NCBI GenBank assembly: GCA_002839375.1 | Contig: PGXY01000002.1 | Span: 473,037-537,036 of the forward strand | DNA: 64,000 bases | Direction of reading: 5' to 3' | From: Spirochaetae bacterium HGW-Spirochaetae-1 | GTDB taxonomy: Bacteria > Spirochaetota > UBA4802 > UBA5550 | Shown here: positions 47,201 through 54,676 of the stretch, in pieces | How positions within the stretch are numbered: position 1 is the stretch's first letter | Layout of the letters: each line of letters starts with the position of its first letter | Notes under the pieces: generated by a model | What the model was told of the DNA's origin: nothing | Seen by the model: only the letters and a program-made list of their open reading frames with translations | The model's database searches: none | Translations under genes and position numbers: made by a program

Positions 47201-47371
47201 AGGACAAAAAGAAATCTTTTTCTGTCCCACGCCCATGTCCGGCATATAAAAGGTCGTGTTCTGAAACAGCCGGCCACCAGATTTTTAAAAAAAATTGAAC
47301 TTGACTTGTTGAATTTTAATGAAAGAATATTTTTTAAAAAAGAAGATGAGCAGCAACTGGAGCTGTTCTGA
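44210..47371 (+). CDS. fusion protein: N-terminal PHP-family phosphoesterase with Zn-ribbon (COG1379-like) + C-terminal UvrD/PcrA-type SF1 helicase
   Basis: The PHP motif I FITDFHIHSHFS sits at the N-terminus. A Zn-ribbon follows at residues 430-460 (CGICWD...CPVCGRE). The helicase core (from about aa 510) has Walker A (AGPGSGKTRIL), motif II (DEYQD), motif III (GDPDQAIYGFRG) and motif VI (VGATRTKRNL). The probable start is the GTG at 44210, preceded by AAGGTG; the ORF-track start is 44150. Confidence 0.75.
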   Translation: MKFITDFHIHSHFSIATSRRLIPEYLELWARIKGINVLGTGDCIHPGWLKELRDKLEPAGNGFYRLKDQYRLHESKALASSILPGDIYFMLTGEISSIYKKDGRVRKVHNVCVFSDFNSALAVQARLDKLGNITSDGRPILGLDSKILLDMVLNASQTSFLIPAHIWTPWFSVLGSKSGFDRLEECYEDLTGNIFAVETGLSSDPAMNWTCSFLDRFKLVSNSDAHSPDKLGREANLFDCEQSYRGVYDALRGDSGFEGTIEFYPQEGKYHYDGHRKCGICWDPLETIKHRGICPVCGREVTKGVLYRMAELADRTDISTASEKRMYYSITQLSDLIAEILNIKNSGAQAVQREYFNLIRSTGSEFYCLLFADIEEIRENSSEIMAEGIARIRRGEVIIEEGFDGEFGRIRVFRKGENEMFEGRGLFPASLPEHVGKAEAYPDQWSVKFDISAFKALAPMRNISEYIPVTDGKKLESQPADSFTEEQRMGIRHGSGPCMVIAGPGSGKTRILTERISRLIKSGEAHPENVLAVTFTNNAAREIRDRLRKSLDPPYPEIMTFHSLGLSILRKHCSRFNRDAGFDVIDGKRTEQIINTICGNKRETGKIISGISRYKQGITDDINSADILDEYEKELIKRNSFDLDDLIHLPVLLLSEDEDVCAKYRNRYQWLLIDEYQDINRRQYQMVRLLTHGENPNIFVIGDPDQAIYGFRGSDIRFIRSFSEDFPSSRTLRLSRSFRCPDAVLAAASQAIGSTQVMTGERGGIKIQIQSVPTEKSEAEWIASTIEAMIGGVRSFSMDSGVSDGYSIDGDSGFSDFAVLCRSSLLFEPIVEAFGNHGIPCQQIGPDPFYFNEPYYGTIRLLHHAYYKNTGSDFPDEIVKEISLLIDNEKDMLTVTETALRRRDASAEEIKKFNRFCSRYENYTDLFQALAIRNGVDDLDITADAVFIMTIHAAKGLEFNHVFIPGCEEGIIPFTIFGGREQEELLEEERLFYVGATRTKRNLFLSHAHVRHIKGRVLKQPATRFLKKIELDLLNFNERIFFKKEDEQQLELF

Positions 47372-47392
47372 TCGGTCTTTTCAGGAGAGAAA

Positions 47393-48958
47393 GTGCGTTA
47401 CATGAAATTATTCGGGGCATTTATAATGATTACGGCATCCCTTCTTTTCGAAGGGTGCAGCAAGGATATAATGACGGAAAAAGAAGGCAATAACTCCTTC
47501 TCAACGGCAAATCCCCTGGTGCTGCAAAAACCGGTCCAGGGATTTCTTGATACTGCCGAAGACATTGATTTATACTCTTTTTCAGTCGATAACCTGTCGA
47601 CATTGGATATCCGCCTTTCGGGAATAAAGGGAGTGAACAATGCTTTTTCAGTCTGGAAAGGCGGTGATCAGCCGGTACTTATGAAGCTGGTTGATGACAA
47701 CAGAAAATCTTCCCCGGAAAGAATGGCCAATTTCTGCGCTGAGCCCGGGATGTATTATATCTCAGTACAGCATGGAGACCGTGACCGTAAAAGGGGCGCT
47801 ACGGATTCTTCCTATACTCTCACCGTAGACTACCGCGATTCCCTCAGCGAAGAGATCGAGCCAAATGATAATCGAATGCAGGCTACCCCGCTGACCATGA
47901 ACAGCGAGATAACGGGATATTTCAGCCCCGCTTACAACAGGCTCAATGAACAAGGCAATCCGCCATTCCGGGAAGAGGACTGGTATTCGATACAGGTGGA
48001 ACTTGACGGGGAGAAACCGCTTTTACTCGACGTGGTGCTATCCGAAGTTCCTGGAGTTAACTCCATCATCAGCTTTTTCGGAGAAAATACTGAACCTATC
48101 GCTGTGACAGATTATAATGCCACGGGAATGGCGGAAGAAATAAAGGGTATGGGTATTACCGTTTCGGGAACATATTATATCATGATCACCTCCAGGGGAT
48201 ATCAGGTTCAGGATGAGAAGCCCTATTATCTGAATGTGTCCTCGCGTGAATACGACTCAACTCATGAACTGGAACCGAACAATAGCCGGGAGAATGCCAA
48301 TACAATCGGTAATAATTCCATCTACGCAAGGTTTAATACGCCTGACGATCGGGATTTTTTCCGGTACGAGGGCAGCGCTGTTGCAGGCGTTTACCGCATT
48401 GAAGTTCAGCCCGACGAGACAAGTGATGTTGTACTGGCTATATACACGCAGAAGGGGAAACGTTTGATCGAGATAAATAACGCACCGGCGGGCGGGAAAG
48501 AAATATATCCCAATCTGAGCATCAGGAATGAATTTTATTGCGAGGTCTATTCCAAGTCTCCTGTTCCTACCGCATCAAATGAATACACTCTGCTTGTGGA
48601 ACCCCTGGAGAATATCAGGAATATGGAAAACGAGCCCAATGACAGTAAAGAATCAGCTACTCTTATCATCGATGATTCTCTCCGGGGCTACATAAGCAGG
48701 AAAGATGACAGGGATTATCTCCTGGTTCAGTATGATTCCAGGAGAAGAGTGGAGTTTGAGATCAGGGGCGTTAAAGATGGTGTCATTAAGGTTTCAGTTA
48801 CCGATCCCCTGGGATATATTTTAAAGTCCGTGAAGGTTGTCGGTGATTCAGTACAAACACTTACTGAAATGATAGACAGAAAGGGATATCTCATCATTGA
48901 ACCTGAGCAGGCAAATTATGAAAATCCCTATGAAATAAATCTGCGAGGGCATAAATAA
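47393..48958 (+). CDS. lipoprotein with four tandem PPC-like (pre-peptidase C-terminal-like) beta-sandwich repeats
   Basis: Signal plus lipobox MKLFGAFIMITASLLFEGC. There are four repeats of about 110 aa, each opening with E-x-E-P-N-(D/N)-S...A..I and carrying D-x-D-(Y/F)-(Y/F/L) (EIEPNDNRMQA, ELEPNNSRENA, ENEPNDSKESA, EGNNSFSTANP). Confidence 0.6.
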   Translation: MRYMKLFGAFIMITASLLFEGCSKDIMTEKEGNNSFSTANPLVLQKPVQGFLDTAEDIDLYSFSVDNLSTLDIRLSGIKGVNNAFSVWKGGDQPVLMKLVDDNRKSSPERMANFCAEPGMYYISVQHGDRDRKRGATDSSYTLTVDYRDSLSEEIEPNDNRMQATPLTMNSEITGYFSPAYNRLNEQGNPPFREEDWYSIQVELDGEKPLLLDVVLSEVPGVNSIISFFGENTEPIAVTDYNATGMAEEIKGMGITVSGTYYIMITSRGYQVQDEKPYYLNVSSREYDSTHELEPNNSRENANTIGNNSIYARFNTPDDRDFFRYEGSAVAGVYRIEVQPDETSDVVLAIYTQKGKRLIEINNAPAGGKEIYPNLSIRNEFYCEVYSKSPVPTASNEYTLLVEPLENIRNMENEPNDSKESATLIIDDSLRGYISRKDDRDYLLVQYDSRRRVEFEIRGVKDGVIKVSVTDPLGYILKSVKVVGDSVQTLTEMIDRKGYLIIEPEQANYENPYEINLRGHK

Positions 48959-49425
48959 TGAAAAGGTTTTATGGATATAGTATACTGTTGTTTTTCTCTA
49001 TGATTGTGTTGCTGACCGCCTGTAAGACACCACCCGGTATTGATGGCCAGGGGGGCGATATTATCCAGCCCGGGGCTTACAATGTAAAATTCATCGCCCT
49101 TGACAGGAGTATTACTGATCCAGCCATGGACAGACGCACGTATTATAAGGTATTTATAGACAAGGTGGAGTCGGGAAGGACCACGACAGGCCTGGAATCG
49201 CAGGAAAAATCCTTTGAAACAACACTGAGCAGCAATCGTCATCTTCTCATGGTGGAAAAATGGATTCTTGATGAAAAAAAGGGTCAGTATATAAAACTTA
49301 ACAATATAGAACAGCCGAAACCCAACTATATCTATTTTAGCGCTTCGGCCAACAGGATTATCACAATTGTCATGGAAACGGATAGCGAGGGAAAGGCGCG
49401 TTTTATTGTTGATTTTGGTAATTGA
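48958..49425 (+). CDS. hypothetical lipoprotein (155 aa)
   Basis: MKRFYGYSILLFFSMIVLLTAC lipobox. It overlaps the previous stop (TAATG). Confidence 0.5.
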   Translation: MKRFYGYSILLFFSMIVLLTACKTPPGIDGQGGDIIQPGAYNVKFIALDRSITDPAMDRRTYYKVFIDKVESGRTTTGLESQEKSFETTLSSNRHLLMVEKWILDEKKGQYIKLNNIEQPKPNYIYFSASANRIITIVMETDSEGKARFIVDFGN

Positions 49426-49447
49426 AAAATGAAGGGTTTATACGATG

Positions 49448-49483
49448 ATCGCAGCCGTCTTATGCAAAGTCGGCTGCGATTTT
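49448..49483 (+). terminator. rho-independent terminator atcgcagccg-N13-cggctgcgat + TTT
   Basis: 10-bp GC-rich stem 23 nt after the lipoprotein stop. Confidence 0.45.
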
Positions 49484-49542
49484 AATAAGGGAACCTCTAT
49501 AAATCATTATTTGGATGTTCCCTTGTGGGCACAAACATCGGG

Positions 49543-49587
49543 AAAATAAGGTTTTTTCATTTTGTAGTTAATGAAAAACCTTATTTT
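49543..49587 (-). terminator. long A/T-flanked hairpin (aaaataaggttttttcat ... atgaaaaaccttatttt) downstream of minus-strand gene ending at 49608
   Basis: About 17-bp stem with a single bulge, seen in sequence. Confidence 0.4.
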
Positions 49588-49607
49588 TAGAGGTGCCCAT
49601 AAATGAC

Positions 49608-50627
49608 TTAGATGGCATCATCTGCCTTGCTTTTGCTGCTCGAGACCTGTGCCTCTTCGGCATAATACTTCCGGGCTACTTCCATGGGGACAACATAGTC
49701 CTGCCTTGCGTTCCAGAAGATGAACCCCTTTATACCGGCATCATGCACAGCTTTGATTTGATACCGGACATAATCATCATAGGCATTGGGTCCCAGTTTC
49801 ATTTTAAATGCCTGGATGTAAGTGACTATCTGGGCGCTTTTTGTCCGTTCAGCTGCTTTCTTAGAGGTAATATATACCGTATGATAAGGATCATTCTGCA
49901 GCTTCTTGCTCCAGGTGTAATGAGAGGGATAGGCCATGGGGCAGATAACATCTACAACCTTATCCAGACCTTCCATGCGCTGTCCTATCAAGTCACTGCT
50001 ATTGAGGGGAATTCTTCCGAATACATCGGCGGCAATTTTAACGTTGTATTTTTTGAGATGGTTTTTTGCTCTGAGCAGGAAACCCTCAATAAAGGCATAA
50101 CGGTCGTTTAATTTAAGGTGCCTAAGGCGGCTTGAATCATTAAACCGGATATAGTCAAACTGGATTTCTTTGAATCCGTTTTGGCATGCGCTTTCGGCGA
50201 TTTCCAGTTTTTCCTGTATAACGCTATCAGGAATAGGATAGGTTTTCAATCCCTCGGGGAATACGACGATCCTGGCGATACAATGTATGTTATTATCCTG
50301 GCAATACTGAACATTTTCCGGCGGGACAATGCATTTCTTATATCTGGAACTCTGACAATCCATGACGAAGGTATTGATATTGGACTTTTTTGATTCTGAC
50401 ACAAAGCCCTTGAGCTTTTCAAGGCTTTTAGCCGAGACAATATTGAGATAAATTCCCCGATAGAAATCAGGATATGTGTATACAGCGGATTTGACCGGTT
50501 CTGCCTGATCTTTTTGCTTATCGCTGGCGAAGATATTATTTTCCGATGCTTTGCTGATGATTCCAAACTGGCTTTCAATGACGAAAAATGCAGCAACGAC
50601 AAGTAAGGCTAGATATGCTTTTTTCAT
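49608..50627 (-). CDS. secreted hypothetical protein, possibly glycoside-hydrolase-like TIM barrel (DUF4015/GHL-type)
   Basis: N-terminal signal peptide (MKKAYLALLVVAAFFV). Motifs FDYIRF and FIFWN resemble GH-like families. The assignment is weak. Confidence 0.45.
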   Translation of the reverse strand: MKKAYLALLVVAAFFVIESQFGIISKASENNIFASDKQKDQAEPVKSAVYTYPDFYRGIYLNIVSAKSLEKLKGFVSESKKSNINTFVMDCQSSRYKKCIVPPENVQYCQDNNIHCIARIVVFPEGLKTYPIPDSVIQEKLEIAESACQNGFKEIQFDYIRFNDSSRLRHLKLNDRYAFIEGFLLRAKNHLKKYNVKIAADVFGRIPLNSSDLIGQRMEGLDKVVDVICPMAYPSHYTWSKKLQNDPYHTVYITSKKAAERTKSAQIVTYIQAFKMKLGPNAYDDYVRYQIKAVHDAGIKGFIFWNARQDYVVPMEVARKYYAEEAQVSSSKSKADDAI

Positions 50628-50973
50628 AGTATCCCCGAATATATATTTTTTATCTGGTGAGCAGTTATGCGTAAATCCATGCCGTGAATTATGCTATTTT
50701 ATACAATATCGGCAGTTGCAGACAGATTTAATACCACAATCATGGCTGACAGTGTCAAGATTTTTATATGTTCAGAAAATTTTTAAAAATGTTCCGGGCA
50801 TGGAAGTACAATTCCTATGTATATTTAATTATTAAAAAATAACTATTTATTCGGTTGACGTTGATATCATTTTTTAGTATTAATAATACAGAGAGTCTGA
50901 TTTTTCTGCACTTCCCACATTTTAGGATAATCATTCACCTATACAATGATAATTATTCAGGAACAAACGTAAC

Positions 50974-52761
50974 TTGCATATTCCAAAAGAGACCATTGAG
51001 TTGATCCGTGAGAGATGTCACATCGAAGAAATTATTCAGCGATATGTTCCCTCACTAAAAAAAAAAGGTAAGAACTATCTCGGGCTCTGTCCCTTTCATA
51101 AAGAAAAAACCCCATCCTTCACCGTGACAGAGGACAAACAGATATTTTACTGTTTCGGATGTCATACCGGGGGCAATGTCTTTACTTTCATTTCAAAAAT
51201 TGAACGGCTGGATTTCCCCCAGAGCGTAAAATTTGTTGCCGATATCGTAGGCATTGAAATTAAAGATGAAGGCAGGAACGATGAACACCGTATTTTTGAT
51301 GAAATGATTCGTATTAACACCTATGCCATGAATCTCTACAGTAAATTTATCATGTCAGCATCAGGAAAGGAGGGCAGGGATTATATAACGGCCCGCGGCA
51401 TAAAACCCGAGTATATTGATACTTTCAAGCTGGGATTCGCGCCCGATTCCTGGAATTTTCTTCTCAACGGATTGAATAAAAAAAAAGCCAGCCTGAAACT
51501 GGCAGAACAAAGCGGTCTCATAAGCGCTTCACAGAAAAATGAAGGACAGTTCTTTGACCGTTTCAGAAAAAGGATCATTTTCCCGATTTTTGACATCAAT
51601 AATCGTGTGGTTGCTTTCGGGGGAAGGGTTATCGATAATAGCAATCCCAAATATCTCAACTCTCAGGAATCGGAATTATTTAAGAAACGAAATATTCTCT
51701 ATGGAATGCATACGGCCCGTGATCACATTCGTGAAATGAACCGCGCCATTATTGTGGAAGGGTATCTGGATGTTCTGGGCTGTCATCAGGAAGGAATTAA
51801 AAATGTTGTCGCTCCACTGGGCACGGCCCTGACGGAGAGCCAGGTACGCATGCTGTCACGGTATTGCGGGGAAATAATTCTTCTTTTTGATGCAGATTCG
51901 GCTGGAATAAATGCGGCACTCAAATCGCTGCAGATAGAGGACGATGTGACCGTGGATATACGGATAGCCACGCTTCCTGAAGGGGATCCCTTTGAATTCA
52001 TCCAGAATAAAGGGGTCCGCGAATTTATGGCCATTGTCGACAAGGCCCAGAAACCAGTGGATTTCAGAATATCCAGAATTATGACCGTTGCACAGAAACA
52101 GGGACCGGTAAAAACATTGATGCAACTTTTTTCAGCTATTTCAAGTCTAAACATGGAGTCTGAAAGGAGCATTTATCTGAAAAACATCAGCTCAATGATG
52201 AAGATAGATGAAAACGCCGTACGAAGAGATTTTTTAAAATATATCAAAGAAGGCAACAGTACTAGTGCGTCATCTGTCGATAATAAAACAAGCAAAAGCT
52301 CTGAAACTGAAAATTTCCTTACCAGGGGATACAGGGATCTTATTAAACTGCTCTGTTTTTATCCCGAACTGATTGACAAGGCCTATATAGATTTCTCCGA
52401 AGATGAAATCACTGATGCCGTATCCAGGAAGATATATAACAAAATTATGGAACTTCATCACGCTGAATCGGGTTTCTCTATAGATAAATTATTTGACTTT
52501 TTTGTCGACGGAATTGAAATGGACTTTTTGAACCGAATATTACATGACGATTTTTCTCTGGAAGACCCCAAATCTGCATATTCAGAAATATATCTCAGTA
52601 TGAAACTTTACGAGATCGATGGTAAAATTGACAAATATGTGGAATTGATAAGAAGCAACCACCCGTCACTGAATGAATATCTGACAGAAGTAGAAATCCT
52701 GAGAAGAGAAAAAGAAAAGCTTTCCCATTACATTTACAATAAAGGTAAAACACTGCAATAA
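50974..52761 (+). CDS. dnaG: DNA primase
   Basis: CHC2 zinc finger CPFHKEKTPSFTV...FYCFGCHTGGNVFTF and TOPRIM IIVEGYLDVL. A TTG start is implied by the ORF track. Confidence 0.9.
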   Translation: MHIPKETIELIRERCHIEEIIQRYVPSLKKKGKNYLGLCPFHKEKTPSFTVTEDKQIFYCFGCHTGGNVFTFISKIERLDFPQSVKFVADIVGIEIKDEGRNDEHRIFDEMIRINTYAMNLYSKFIMSASGKEGRDYITARGIKPEYIDTFKLGFAPDSWNFLLNGLNKKKASLKLAEQSGLISASQKNEGQFFDRFRKRIIFPIFDINNRVVAFGGRVIDNSNPKYLNSQESELFKKRNILYGMHTARDHIREMNRAIIVEGYLDVLGCHQEGIKNVVAPLGTALTESQVRMLSRYCGEIILLFDADSAGINAALKSLQIEDDVTVDIRIATLPEGDPFEFIQNKGVREFMAIVDKAQKPVDFRISRIMTVAQKQGPVKTLMQLFSAISSLNMESERSIYLKNISSMMKIDENAVRRDFLKYIKEGNSTSASSVDNKTSKSSETENFLTRGYRDLIKLLCFYPELIDKAYIDFSEDEITDAVSRKIYNKIMELHHAESGFSIDKLFDFFVDGIEMDFLNRILHDDFSLEDPKSAYSEIYLSMKLYEIDGKIDKYVELIRSNHPSLNEYLTEVEILRREKEKLSHYIYNKGKTLQ

Positions 52762-52839
52762 TGTGGTTTATTGACATTTTAGATTTTAATCTCAAGGATT
52801 GAGCAGGGGATTAAAAATTCTTAATTAAGGATAATATCA

Positions 52840-54615
52840 ATGAGTAAAAATGATCTGGTACTGGAAAATATCGAAGAAGTTAAAAAGCTGATTGAGATCG
52901 GCAAGATAAACCATGAAATAACTTATGATGAGATCAATGATATCCTTCCCGACAAGCTTCTCAATTCAGACAAGATTGATGATATTTTCATATTACTGAA
53001 TCAGCTCGGAATTGAAGTCGTTGAGGAAAGCACGCGCAAGGCGGCGAACGCGCCGGTTATTCCTCTCCCAGCGAAAAAGAAAGCAGCCTCGAAAAAAGCC
53101 TCGGCAATGTCAGATGATGCCTCCCACGTAGATGATCCTATACGTCTCTATCTAAAAGAGATCGGCAAGGTATCGCTTCTTTCGGGAGATCAGGAAGTGG
53201 ATCTGGCAAAAAGAATTGAGGACGGTGAAATCCTCATCGAGAAGGCCGTTATCAATTCAACACTGCTGGTGAATGAGCTTATAAAGAATCACTCCAAGGT
53301 GAAGAGCGGCAAGATAAAACTTACCGAGGTAATGCGAGTCAACCGGCTTTACTATTTCTCCTCCATTGATATGAAAGATCTGGAAAACCGTTATACTGAA
53401 AAGATGAAGATCATCATCGAAGAGGATAATAAAATCCTGAAGATGACGAGTAAACTCAAGAAAGTTGATGAAGACTCGAAGGATGCCCTTGAGTTGAACA
53501 AAAAAATCGATGATTCGCGTATACGGATCAGGGAATCTGTTTCAGATCTCGGTATTAATGAGGGCGAAATAACGAAGATGTCCTCCAAGATACAATCCAT
53601 GGTTTCCAGGATCAATGATACCTACTACTTCTTCAAACTCATTGAGGACAAATACAATAAGGACATAAAGGAATTAAAGCATTTCGCCCGCAAGGTGGAA
53701 AAAGGGGAAGATATTACAAAGATAATAAAGGAATCCAATATTCCCAATGAAGAAGAATTGCTGGAAATTGTCAAGGATGTCCGCAACAATGAACGCAAGA
53801 TCAGAAGGATAGAGCAGGAAGCCGGAGCCTCGGCCGATGATATTATGGAGTGGGGAAAGCAGATCGCCCACGGCCAGAGAAAAATATCAATTGCGAAAAA
53901 GGAACTGATAAACGCGAATCTCCGTCTCGTAGTCTCGATCGCAAAAAAATATGCCAACCGGGGAATGCATTTTTTCGACCTCATACAGGAAGGCAATATC
54001 GGTCTAATCAAGGCCGTTGATAAATTCGAATACCGGAAGGGCTATAAATTTTCCACATACGCAACCTGGTGGATCAGGCAGGCAATCACGCGAGCCATTT
54101 CCGATCAGGCCAGAACGATTCGGGTTCCCGTACACATGATCGAGCAGATCAACAAGGTCATGAGAGAAACCCGTTTGTTCCAGCAGGAATTTGGCCGGGA
54201 ACCCAATCCCGAGGAACTTGCCGATCGCCTGGGATGGCCCGTAGCGAAAGTAAAGGCCGTAAAAAATGTTGCCAGGGAGCCTATTTCCCTTGAAACACCC
54301 GTAGGCGAAGAGGAGGATTCTCTTCTGGGCGATTTTATCGAGGATAAAGAGGTCGATTCTCCTGTTAATACAGCGGCATATCGTCTCCTTCATGAACAGA
54401 TATCATCGGTCCTCAATACACTGCCGGCCAGGGAGCAGAAGGTAATACGAATGAGATTTGGACTTGATGACGGCTATTCCCACACCCTTGAGGAAGTTGG
54501 ATATGTTTTTAAAGTAACCAGGGAACGGATTCGTCAGATCGAGGCTAAGGCGCTCCGCAGACTGCGACATCCCACCAGGGCAAGAAAACTGAAAGACTAT
54601 CTGGATTATATGTAA
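52840..54615 (+). CDS. rpoD: RNA polymerase primary sigma factor (sigma-70)
   Basis: Region 2 [14 protein letters not shown], region 4 [26 protein letters not shown], and an acidic/lysine-rich region 1. It follows dnaG as in the conserved macromolecular-synthesis operon. Confidence 0.9.
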   Translation: MSKNDLVLENIEEVKKLIEIGKINHEITYDEINDILPDKLLNSDKIDDIFILLNQLGIEVVEESTRKAANAPVIPLPAKKKAASKKASAMSDDASHVDDPIRLYLKEIGKVSLLSGDQEVDLAKRIEDGEILIEKAVINSTLLVNELIKNHSKVKSGKIKLTEVMRVNRLYYFSSIDMKDLENRYTEKMKIIIEEDNKILKMTSKLKKVDEDSKDALELNKKIDDSRIRIRESVSDLGINEGEITKMSSKIQSMVSRINDTYYFFKLIEDKYNKDIKELKHFARKVEKGEDITKIIKESNIPNEEELLEIVKDVRNNERKIRRIEQEAGASADDIMEWGKQIAHGQRKISIAKKELINANLRLVVSIAKKYANRGMHFFDLIQEGNIGLIKAVDKFEYRKGYKFSTYATWWIRQAITRAISDQARTIRVPVHMIEQINKVMRETRLFQQEFGREPNPEELADRLGWPVAKVKAVKNVAREPISLETPVGEEEDSLLGDFIEDKEVDSPVNTAAYRLLHEQISSVLNTLPAREQKVIRMRFGLDDGYSHTLEEVGYVFKVTRERIRQIEAKALRRLRHPTRARKLKDYLDYM

Positions 54616-54627
54616 GATTGGATTTCA

Positions 54628-54664
54628 GTGTCATGTCATGTGTGTTAATCCACTGACATGACAC
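54628..54664. promoter_or_regulatory. 11-bp perfect inverted repeat GTGTCATGTCA-N15-TGACATGACAC between rpoD stop and next start
   Basis: Seen in sequence. No T-run follows and it ends 12 nt before the ATG at 54677. It could be an operator, a processing site or a translational control hairpin. Confidence 0.35.
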
Positions 54665-54676
54665 GATTGAATCATT

